Part shown: positions 21,091-33,200 of the stretch, piece after piece
Position numbering within the stretch: position 1 is the first letter of the stretch
Layout of the letters: every line of letters begins with the position of its first letter
Assembly: GCF_000002075.1 (NCBI RefSeq)
Contig: NW_004797434.1
Span: 435,529-497,286 of the forward strand
DNA from: Aplysia californica
Taxonomy: Eukaryota
Length of the DNA: 61,758 bases
Direction: 5' to 3'
Program-made: the position numbers and the translations under genes
The notes under the pieces: generated by a model
Told to the model about the DNA's origin: nothing
The model's database searches: none
Seen by the model: the letters and a program-made list of their open reading frames with translations, nothing else

Positions 21091-24000
21091 ATGCCTGTGC
21101 ACTTCAAGGTGGTTTATTCTTGGTCAATCAAGCCCCGTGTCTGTCTCATTATTATTGTTTGAATTTCTAAATTGAAGCTGAGCAAAGTTTAGGTTATAAC
21201 AGTCGCTTACTGTGAGTTCCAGGGGGAAGACTTACCCGACCCAGCCCACCTGCATTTCTCTGATTAAATCATGTCCAAACACATCGCAAGAACTTATCTT
21301 AAAACTTTATTTGAAAATCTGATGTTTGAATCTTATTTCTCTTAATATTTTGCTTGCTTTAATACTGCCTTTAACTTGCTGTAAATGCAGGTAGCCTGAC
21401 AAAGTTGTATCTTTAGTTTGATTTCATGAATTTATTTTCAAAATGATAGAATTTATTCATGTAAATTGTAAAAGTAAAAGCTTCTTGGAAAGCCATTATC
21501 GAACCAGCTAACCCGCTCCCCCCCCCCCCTTTTAAAAGAGGCAAAACTGAGTTGAGTCTAGACCTTTGGCCCAGGACTGAAACAGTTAGCCGCGAATAGG
21601 GAGGATAGCTTTCTGGGCTATCAGTTCAATGGAAATCCCATGCCCATGGGCATCCACTTTCCAATGTTTTTATTTAGGTTTGGAGAATTCAGTCAATATG
21701 ATACGATTCAATAACCACATGGCTGGACCAATGTTTTGTACTAATAAAAAAAAATTCGAATCATGGGAAAGTTACACGTACCCCCCCCCCCCCCCCCCCC
21801 CCCCAAGTATGGGAAAATACATGGGGTGACACCCCACCCACTTGATTTTTAATTCATCGGGCTTCCCCTCCACCCTCCGGAATTGTAGAAAAGCAAAATG
21901 GCAACATAGGAGTGTATAGAACTACACAACAATTTATCCAGAAATGTGTTAGTCGAATATAGGCCTTCCTGAATTCTCCAAATCTACAAATCTGAATAAA
22001 ATGCTGGAAAGTGGAAATATATAACGTCTTATGGTATCTTTATATATAAATTTGTAATGAAAGCCATGTTATTTGCACATTTATTGATTAAGTTTAATGC
22101 CTTCTTTATTATTTTTTCATTGAAATATTTGGAAGCACTTTGAGGCGCTTGGAATTGGAATGTTGCCAGTCAATATAAAGCCTGCTCTATGAAAAGCTGA
22201 TTTTCTGTTTTGTAGGGAAAGTTTGTTCAAAGCCGTAACAATATCATCCCAAATCCTTCCTTTATTTCCTGAAAACAAAGAGAAATAAAATTGGAAGAAG
22301 AGCAGATGATATATAGACAGAATTGATAACTCCCATGTTGCAATGAACTCTCTAAATTAAACGTAAAATGCCTTCCTTGACACTGTAGTCAACAACGACT
22401 CCTTCAGAGTGATGTATGTTTCTTCTTCCTGCTATTTGTTTAGTAACACACTAGCACTAGCTAGCAAATCAATTATATTATTATTAGGTGATGTTCAGTA
22501 CGACTTGGTACAAGTGCAATCATGCACAATGTATTCATGTGCTGTTGTTGTTTTTTATAACTTCCTTTGACCTGGTTACAGGGTGCCTCAGAGTACAAGG
22601 TCCATTACAAATGGATGGACTCTTTCCGCAGCAAGTCATTCCAGCCCTCGCAGGAGCAGGCTGCCCGGCGTGCAGGCCAAATATCTGTCAATTCATGTGT
22701 GTAGTTTTCTGGTGAAATGCTGAAGAAAAATTCATCTGCCTCTTGTTGTTTTCCTACCCCAAGCTATCACGACATCCTGTATTATTATATAGTGATATAA
22801 TATTTATATAAATTTTATCAGTGTCCTTTGCTTGTTCCTCCAATGACTGCATCTTGAAGAGTTCCCTGAGTGGATGCTACCTTTCTTCAGTTTGTAGCTT
22901 GCAAGTTTTAACAATATATGATAGTTTCTTGGTGTTATGTTGATGCATTTAAGACCATTTTTTAATTTAGTGTACAGATTCTCACAGTTTATCTGTTGTA
23001 TTTTGCAATGTGTGCAATGTTAATTCACACCACCCTCTGAAATTTAAAGTAATTGAAACAGAACTCTTTATAGTCTTGAAAAAGACTACAATTTTATCAT
23101 GTTTCAAATCTTATAATTTGAGAATTTAAATAATTTTGACAAAACTTTTTTCAACTATTTTTGATGATCACAAATAAAACTAATACGCCCAGTCAGTAGG
23201 ATGAAGTGAGAAAGCTGCATATATTTTTTTTTTTAACATTTTTACTCTTGTCTTGAATTGAAAAGATGCAGTCAGTGGCTTGGGTGATACCTTTTTGCCT
23301 TGTATTTTGTGCATCGTAGGTTATTAATATTTAATAACCTTTGATATGAAACAGAGTGGATGGAATTTTTCATGTTTGCAGGTAGTAAAAGATTGATAAT
23401 AGTTTTTAACTCTTCACATTTTAGATAAAGATTTACTCACTTGAAAGTATGTTGAAATTTTTTCATCAAAGAAAACTTGATGCACAATCTTCTAGTTTTG
23501 TTCTTTGTTACTAGTCATAGAATTCTAACATTGGTCATTCATACTCACTCCAGATAATTAATTGGTTTGTCCAGTAATATCTTGGTAATTCTTGCACACG
23601 TCTGATCATCATTCATTTTTTAAGTAATGTTAATTGAAAGACCTACATCATGGTCAGTATTTCCATTCATTCAGTTTCATTTCCTTTTGCCAGCTGTGAT
23701 CGTGCATGGGCATCGCATGGAGTGCTAGCTCACCACTATAGCACTTATTCGTACTGTTACAATAACTGCTATGGTAACTTAAGTAGAAGCCCTTGCATTG
23801 TTTTGTTCAAATGGAGTCTTTTGGAATATCAGACAGATGCAGGTGGGAATATCTCCCAGATGGGGGTTCTTCCTTTCCTTTTAAGTTCTACCTCCGTGTA
23901 GTCACTTAATGACAAATCACTAATCAAGAAGGAAAGCTTTCTTGCACTTTTTTATTGCTGCATATCTGGGCTTGTAAAAAATCTGACCAGAGTGAAATAT

Positions 24001-27000
24001 TGGAGCAATGCAATGAAATCCTGTTGCTTTGAAATCGTATTAAAAGTAGAAGCCAGATGTGCTAACTCACTATAGTTACAGAAACCACTTCACTGTATAC
24101 TGGAAATTTTTTAATATTCAGGGCTTGTGGACAAAATAATGCTATCAGTCTTCTTTCTTTTCTACAGGCTCATGTCACATCTGTTGGTGGGGTTGCACTA
24201 ATGGTCTCACTTGTCACGTCATTGTCGTTTTGATAGTCACATGGTGTAAAAATCATTCTCACCTCAGAGCACTAAAATAATTTCCTCAGAAACTTGGCGT
24301 ACCCAGAACGTGGAACCTGATTCAAGACTCATGAGATTGAATTAAAGATTTTACCGTCAGACAGCTAAAACCCCAGATCCAAATATAACATAGTCCTCAA
24401 GTATTATTTTGTGTGTTATTCTATATTATTTATATTGTGCCTCTGCAGAGCACATCAGAGTATAAGCAGAAATTTGGCTCTGCACAGGCTGATGATGCTC
24501 CAGCAGGGCCCAGTGCTGGGATTGAATCTGACAAATTAGGTATTTTTGTTTTTTAATTAAACATTATATCTTTTCTTTTTGTTTCTATTTTTCTCACGTT
24601 TGAATCATCATGTGAAATTGCCACAGGCACGTTCGTTAGAAACTGCACAGTGGTACAGTTTGTCTGGAGAAGTTTTTTTCGTTTTTTTTGGTTATTTAAA
24701 AAAAAACATTTTTAACTTATTGCACCCAAGTGAGATACTAAGAAATGAAAATTTTAAGGCTGGCTTTTCATAAGAATGGCAATTCTTGCTAGCAGTTCCT
24801 TCAAGCTGATAACCATTCTGGCGTCTCCTTTCATCATATTCAGTTTTGTTGTTGGGTCATCCGTCCATAACTATAAACTGGTCAAAAATGAGTTTCCATT
24901 AGAATTTTTTGTGAAGTAAACAATTATCATAAAGGCAAACAATTTAAAAGCTATGAAATATGGTGTATTTTACTTTGCAGTTTATGACAATTTTTAAAAA
25001 TTTGATAAGATTCTGCTATGTGTAAGAGACAATGAAACGTTACACTGTTTTTACTATTATCTTCCTTTGGTAAATTATGAAGCTCAAAACAATTTTATGA
25101 AAATGCTGTAGAATGGTGCATATTATGCATAATATCAGCTTAACCAAACGCAGCAGTTTCTGCTTAAAATCCCATTGTCTTATAGAATAGGCCTACCCTG
25201 CTTTTCTTACAAAACCTTTTTAACTCTATAAAACCATCCACTATTAGGGATAAGATCTTGACCATTAGGGACAAAATTCTGCAAAGATCCGGCTTTTCTC
25301 AATACCAATTTAAATTTAGTCTTCAACTAGCATCTCTCTCTAGTGGCCACCTCTCCTGATAGTTATATTATGATCAGTGGGTGTCTTATACCACACTGCT
25401 TGTGTGTGACCACACTGCTTGTGTGTGACCACACTGCTTGTGTGTGATCTTATCTGAGGATAAGCATGAGATGGAAAGTTGCATGTAGGCTTTCTTTTCT
25501 GCCTGGCTATAGTATCTCATCTACACAAGTTGGTGCCTTGTTATCACGTTTGCTGGTTTAATTTTTGCAATGATACTTGATATGGTTCAAATGTGGCTGA
25601 ATTATCTGCAGTTTTACTTTTATATACTTTGATAAGCATCCTATTCCTATTGTTTTCTCATGTTATCTCGCTTTAGTGAGGGGAAAAATGTAGGTGTTTA
25701 ACTACGCAAAATACAATGACTACAGTTCCGACCAATTTGAGAGTTCAAGTTTATGGACAGCTCTTCACCAATTACATCGTAGGCTTCCCCTCCCTTGATA
25801 CAGATTTCACTAGGATTGTAACTGACATTGACCTCAAAGTAGGATGAATTTATTTGGGTCATGGGTTTGCTCAGTGTTCTAATTCAGTTAAGATCTCACC
25901 AACCTAAGATTAAGCTTTTTCCTGACATCTGAGCAGCAGAATCTTGAGCAGTGACAACTGTATACACTGCAGCTTGGAGGAAAACCCCCCCAAGGATTTT
26001 GTCTTGTAAAAATTTAATTTGCTCATTTTGAGCTCTCATCAAATATGAAATATATTGTAAGTACTGCAGACTTCCAGACTTCTTGCACTTTGTATGTGTC
26101 CATTAGCACTGTGTTACAATTGTGTGGTCAATAGTACACCACCCCACAGTGCCCTGAATTGTCACTGCATTAAAATACATAGGGCTAGTGATTCTAATAG
26201 TGCTGTGGCTAAGTGGTAATTTTTTCTGTGGAAAATCAAAAAGGTATATCTTATCTAAAAATCCATTTATTTTGTAGCTATGCCTTGTGTATCCCATGCT
26301 AGTCAAATGCCTTGAAATTACTCAATGATAAATCAGAATTTATAGGTGTGTCAAAACCCTTATTTTGTCTTAATATTGTAATCGGACATGCACTCATATT
26401 TTGGTTTGCTTTTAAGTACCAAAATTCAAGGGAGAAAAAAACGCTTGGTGCATACATATATATTTTTTTTTTTACATACACACGTAACTGACCCCAAAAA
26501 CTCTGGGTTTATGCAGATTGTGTATTATTCAGAAAAGTACCTGGTAAATGGGTAGTATAAGTTTTGTGATAACCTCCTGGTCAGAGAAGTACTGAAAGCT
26601 TTGCATATGTTATACATAGATGTGATTTTGTTTATAAGCTCTTAAAATCTGACAGGTTGACATGCACTAGATTAAGTGGTTGTACCCACACTCCATAATT
26701 ATTCTAAAAACAGAAGTGTAAATATTAATTTTCATAAGGTTTTTAAATTTCCTGAAGTGAGTAACAGTAAGTGAAGAATGTAATTTCCTAAGTCTAAATG
26801 GCTTTTTGCTCCTTCATTATTTGACCACCTTATCCAACTATTGCCCTCTTTCTTTGTTCACAATAATGAGAATGCTTTTGTCTCAGTCAAAATGTTTGCA
26901 TGATCGTCAACAACTAACTTGTGCACAGTGGTTTCATAGAAGTGGCAACAAACTTTGTACGTTCGATTTTCTTCTTAACTGGGAATGTGTGATAGTTTAA

Positions 27001-27228
27001 AACATTTATCAGAATTTGAAAAGTTAGCCTTTTGTTGAGCATTCTCAGTATTAAGAAATATGATGAAAGATTATTTGCTTGTAAATGAATTTGATTTTGC
27101 TTTTAAACAGATGATCTAAATAGAATTTGTGATTTTTGTCCTCTACCCATTTTCCTGGCACTTTCAAGTTACATGACCATTACTGTATCTATAGCGCCGT
27201 AAATACCTACCATACTATACCATACCTC

Positions 27229-27273
<45 letters not shown>

Positions 27274-30200
27274 CCCCTGTCCAATATCTGCCTATTTTGA
27301 CAAATACCAGTCCTTCACCCACATTTGCATTGCTTACAATTTTAATGTGGTTCAATCCCAGTCCTATATGTTAACCTCCTACTCTGGTTGTCATGAGGGA
27401 AGTAAACATAAATGACCTGATCATGCAGCTTATGTTTTTAAAAATACTATTGCGATTGCCTGTTCAAAGTTTTAATATTCCTTCAGTAAATACTGAAAGT
27501 ACATGTACATATATATCTCAGGCATTGCATTAATAGTTTTATCGCCCATTCAAAGTTTTGATATTTCCTCTGTAAATATGAAAATTACATGCACATGTTG
27601 ACTGCTTAGTGTTTAGACTTCACCGTACGCCATTTTGAAAAGTGACATATGACAGATCTTACTCCAAGCAGTGATATGTTCCTTAAGCACCGGGTTAACG
27701 TTTTTATAGCCCATACATAGTTTTGATATTCCTTCTTTAAATACTGAAAGTTTAACTTGTGCATAGTATGTACCTCATGCGTAGCATTAACATTTTCATT
27801 GTGCATTGAAAATTTTGATATTCCCTCTGTCCTGGATCGGAAAAGTAAAGTAATTGGATCGGAAAAGTATATTCCCTCTGTAAATACTGAAAGTTTAACA
27901 TGTGCATTGTGTGTGTACCTCATGCATTGCGTGAACAGTTTTATTGCGCGTTCAAAGTTTTGATATTTCTTCCGTAAATACTGAAACATTTTCATAGTAT
28001 GTACTTCATCCCTTGCGTTAACATTTTTTTTGCCCGTACAGTTTTGATATCCCCTCTGTAAATTCTGAAAGTTTAACATGTGCATAGTATGTACATCGTG
28101 CTTTGCGTCAACAGTTTTGTTGCCTGTACATAGTTTTGAAATTCCTTCTGTAAATGCTGAACCAACATGTGCATAGTATGCACCTCATGCGTTGCGTTAA
28201 CATTTTCATCGCACATTCAAAGTTTTGATATTCCTTCTGTTAACACTGAAAGCTTAACAAGTGCATAGTATGTGTCTCATGCATTAGGCCTATGTTTACA
28301 TTTCTTCCCTCAACCCCCCCCCCCCCCCCTCCCCCCCCCCAAACAGCCCTCACCGTGGAACCTCCACTGCAGCACAAGAAGCGACTGGAGGGTCCGCCGA
28401 CCTCCTTGTCCACCAACTACTTCAGTGTCCCGTCAAAGGAGATGGACTATGCTCTTCTGGGTAAGACATTCACGAACGAGTTTATGAGTTTTATAAATGT
28501 TTTTTTGGGGGTGGGCTTTTTGTGTGTGTGGTTTAATATTGAATGGGAGGGAGGGAGAGCAGGTGGTGAGTGGAGTTCACTGCTGACTGATGATACTTGT
28601 TTCATGTCTGTTTAATGTTCCTGTCTTTCGTCTTCCTATTTCTTAGCCCTTCCATCCGCCACCCCATCCACCCATTTTGTTTCACTCTTTTTGTGTCAGT
28701 ATTCTTCTCCTGAACATTTTTTGAGAAAGGATGTTTTTTTGTTTTTTTCGTATTTCCTTAGTAAGAAATTCATACTACTCTGCTTACAGCTTAAGCAGCT
28801 TCTCCTTCAAATCTGAAAAGAAACAGTGAACTGTAATGTGTTTCTTTTTGGTGCTTTTACAGTTTCATGTAGTGCTTATTTGCTGAAATATTCTACCTTA
28901 GTCTCTTCAATTTATATAACACTCGTTATATGTTAATATTTCTGTAATGAAATCCACAGGCCAACAAGAGAAATTTGCTCCCAATGTACGCTACCAGCCA
29001 AAACCATCCCATTCAGGCCAGAAAATCTACAAAAACAAAGAGAATTTTGATAATGCTCCTCCACCGAGCAAGCAGTTGAAAATGCAGAAAAGAATTGTAA
29101 GTTCTTCTTCTGGTTCTCTTTTGTTGGAAAGCTGCATGAGTGTGGTTGCTACAATTTGTTAGAAGAATGGTCTTGATGTTAAAAGTTGCATGAATACTTA
29201 TCTTTCCAGCACTGCAAAGGTTTTATATTTCATGTTTTATGTCTTATGAAAAATGTTTAATCGTTTGTTCTTAGAGCTGAAAATGAGTTATACATACAAC
29301 ATTCAGCAGTGCTTTTGAGTTAAAAGATTTTAAGATTCCCTTCTCAATACGTAATCATTGTAGAATCCAGGAACCATTTAAGGGATGTTTCAAATTGAAA
29401 TGTATTTTACGGATCCCAGGATTTTTTTGGTGTGGTTTCAATTCTTTCTTCGGACTGTATACAGAAAAGAATTGTAAATTCTTATTGGAGTTTTCTCTTT
29501 TGTTGAAAATCTGCACTAGTGTGATTGCTACAATAGGCTGGAAGAATTGTCTTGATATTTAAAGTTATGTGAAGCTAAATGCGCATTAACTTTGAAAGTG
29601 TTTAGATATTTCATGTACAAGAACACAATTTTTCAATCGAAAGAGTTCTTTCTTAGCTTCTGTGGCTACTTTAACCCTTGGTATCTGTCACCAGAAACCT
29701 TTGTTCAAGGAACGTCACCTCACCGTTTGTGGCCTCTGTTCTTTCTCCGGACTATATATTGCTCTAAATGCTCATTAACTTTGAAAGTGTTTTGATATTT
29801 TATACAATACAATGCAGTTTTGCTGTCAATAGAGTTCTTTTTTAGCTTCTGCGGCTACTTTTACCCCTGGTATTTGTCACCAGAAACCTTTATTCAAGGA
29901 GCGCCACCCCACCGTGAGCCGGTCCCCGCCCCGTCAGGCGCCGACCACCTCCACCATTCTGTCTCCACCTCCCGCTCCGAGAGTCCCTAAAGAAAGCCTG
30001 GACATCAAAGAAGCTCTCAGAGACAAGGACCTGAAGGATGTGCTCGGAGATCAGGCTCCTCCTCCAAAAGAAGCAGGGGTTAAGACACGGGAATCCGACG
30101 CTCAGCTGGAGAAGGGGCGTGGCAACAACATGAATGAGTTTGTCCAGACCAACATGAAAAAGGGCGTGGCCTTGTCAGGACCAGAGGCTCCAGTAAGTAA

Positions 30201-33200
30201 AAGGGAAAGACGAACAGAAAATTCCAGAAGGTGGTAGAAAAAAATTAGAACATATTTGTGTATTTCTGTCTGAAAGAAAATTTAATCACAATAGCATACT
30301 TGCCTCTCATTCCATTGAATCGGATTGGTCCCAGGTTTTTTTACATGTTCAGTAGATAAATAAGTTTTGGCGTTTCTAAACCCTGTTCCTCAGAGCAGGT
30401 TGGACAGAGTACCTTGAAAAAAGACCATGGACTTGGGAGTCCTGTGTAGTGCAGTCAAACATGTCTTAGACAACCAGTTTTTGTCACTGAGATAAGGTGT
30501 CATCTTAGGTAGCTGATCACCTTGGGCAGTGTCACTATAATATGGGAAAAAAGTGCTATAGTGGAAGTGAGAATGGTCGTTTTTACAGGCAGTTATTTTG
30601 TACAGGTTGCCGACAGATCAGGTTCAACTCTACTCTTTACTTGTTAACACTTACAGTACCGAATGCTCACATAGTGAAAAACCCTCAAGTACTGCACCAA
30701 TTTAGAACATTGAAGCTGTGGTAGAATTTTTTTAAATTAAAAAAACCTTGGCAGCCCCAAGAAACACGCCTTAAAAATTCATAGAGCTATTATATAGAGT
30801 GACTTCCTTTGTTTTTTTCTTCAGTGCAGTGCATCCGTTCGTTGCTTAATTATGTTTAGTGTGCCTGGTCGCGTCAGCGACTACTAAAGTCGCCAGCGGC
30901 AGTGACCGCATTCTACTGCCTGACGACTAAAATTGCTGACGGTACTGTAAGTGTGAAAGACACCTCACTGTTAAAAATGTTACATGTACTTTGCCTTTTA
31001 GCAGACCATTTCTGTGCTCTTTGGAGCTGGACAACTTATGCTATACACCTACTAGTTGTTCAGTGAGTCATGCTTGAGCGTGCATTGCTTCAGTTTTGTT
31101 CTTGTTTATAATCTAAAGCCGGCAATCCGGTTATTTGCAATTTTTCAGCTGCAAGTAAACAAGGACCAAACACTCTCTATGTCTGTTGGTTCTCTGTTCA
31201 TTCTTCTGATTGATGTAAAGAGGTAAATTTGCATGATTTCAAATGTACTACTAAACATTTACCATGTCTGTACCTCCAATGTTAAGTTTTACATTTAATG
31301 TGAGAGGTAGAATTGTGTAATGTTCTGTTTGTTTCCATGCACTTCAAAATTTTCAGGCTTTTTTTCCCAACAACTATATTTACCCCTGATCTCCCCCCAG
31401 GCTGAGTATGCGCTCAAGTACAAGGCCGGAGTGGCGCCTCCAAGGCCGGTGAAGAAGTTTTCCGAGTATCAGAGACAGTTCCAGTGGAAAGATGGCATGA
31501 AAGCTTCACCTCTTTTGGCAGCTGAAGAGGTAAAAACATAGAGGTTTTTTAAAAAAATCCTTTGACTGCCTTGCTCACATACAGTATTCGTAACTTTTCC
31601 AGTTGTTAGGTTTTTTTAACATTGCATTTATTTGACATTGTTACTAATTTTTGATATTACAGATATATTAAATCATCTCTCAGAAAGATTGGTGGCATTA
31701 CAGAAATGTGGAAACATCAGTCGCAATCTTTTAATTTGACTATAAATGACTTTTACACAAACTTTGTTTAGCATAAATTCTATTCTCAGATGCCTCTTTT
31801 GTATATTTTAAATGTAAAATGTAAAGTAAAGCTATGCATTACTAAATTTGGATCTTTTCATCACGTAAAGAGATATCTCTAGTTCTGATGAATCCAACTT
31901 CTATTTTGACAGCAGAAAAAGAAGAGAAAATTTTATCAGTATATGTATTCACCAAAGTGAATGATTCAGTCTGTTCTCCCCCCCCCCCCCCCCCAATGTA
32001 AATGTCTTTGTACAGATTGTGTACAAAAGCAATGCAGAGCTGGGCCCATACAAAACGGACGCCATTCCCAAACTGTCAGAGTACAGGCAGCAGTTTCAAA
32101 AGTGGAAAGCTCCCGACTTTGCCGCTGATGTCAACTTAAATGTGAGTGAGAAAATGGCTACTGCAGCAAGTCAACAGAAGCAGGAGAAGAAGAGAACCGT
32201 GGTATGTTACTTTTCACACTCAGGGATTTCATTTTCGCATCCCTTTGTTACACCCACTTATTTCTTCAATTCTTCGTTATTCTTATTTCTACTTTCTGTC
32301 TGCTGCTTGGTGCTGTACGATGATTGTTTTGATAGTATGCAAAAGAAATATTTAGAAAACTAGCAGGTCTTCAGGTGTAATATTTGTAAGAACTGAGAAA
32401 GACCAAGGCAAGAATTGTATAAAAATATTAAGCGTATGACTATGCAAATCACCGAAAAATGTTGTGGAGGAAAAATTTTCTTTGTGAGACACAATGTCGG
32501 GGAAGGTCTATTTTCAGCTGCTTGAAAAGTCACTGGGTTGTTTCCTTTTTTTGTTGAGATAACATAATTCTGGGGCACCAAGAGTGACCTGGAAAAGGTG
32601 AAAGACTTTGTCATATTTTGACTGCAGGAGAAAAAACAGAAACGTTGATGATACAGTGTATCGGTGCTTTAACATAACTTCAACTGAGATTATATATATA
32701 TGTGATGCGTGCTGACAAAATGAGTTACTTCTCGGATTCGAGCCTTATGGAAAAAGTTACATCACGCTTATAGGTGAAGTTTTTATAATTTTTAAGTACG
32801 AAATAATGAAAGGAATAATATACTTAAAGAATATGGCTTTAACAAAAAATCTACAAATTTGACCCTGGTTTCAATTTTTGACCAATATCTTGATTTTTGG
32901 ATTGCGAGAAGTGACCAATTTTGTCAGCACACCTCACATATAGACGATGCAAAGATGAGGGTCAGCCAACATCGTGTTTATGAAGTATTGTCTTTTGCCT
33001 GGAAAAACTTAAATATGAAAGTTTTGCAAACGCAGTTGTTGTTTCAAAATGAGATTTCTCTGTACTAGAGTGTGTCTGTCTTTTATTATATACCTTTTAT
33101 GATGTAATGTTCAAGATAGGATCGATGTCAATGTATTTTGGTGGGTGGTTGGCGGGTGCTCTGGTGTGGTTTGCTTCTTCTTTCCTATCAAACACCTATC

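Noticed and set aside
24168-24186. Strong acceptor TTCTACAG with a short open stretch between MDM1 exons 2a and 2b
   Set aside because: Only a weak donor (GTGGGG) and no convincing MDM1 similarity.
27606-28085. 159-aa ORF on the minus strand
   Set aside because: It is a translation of the tandem repeat of about 88-bp units.
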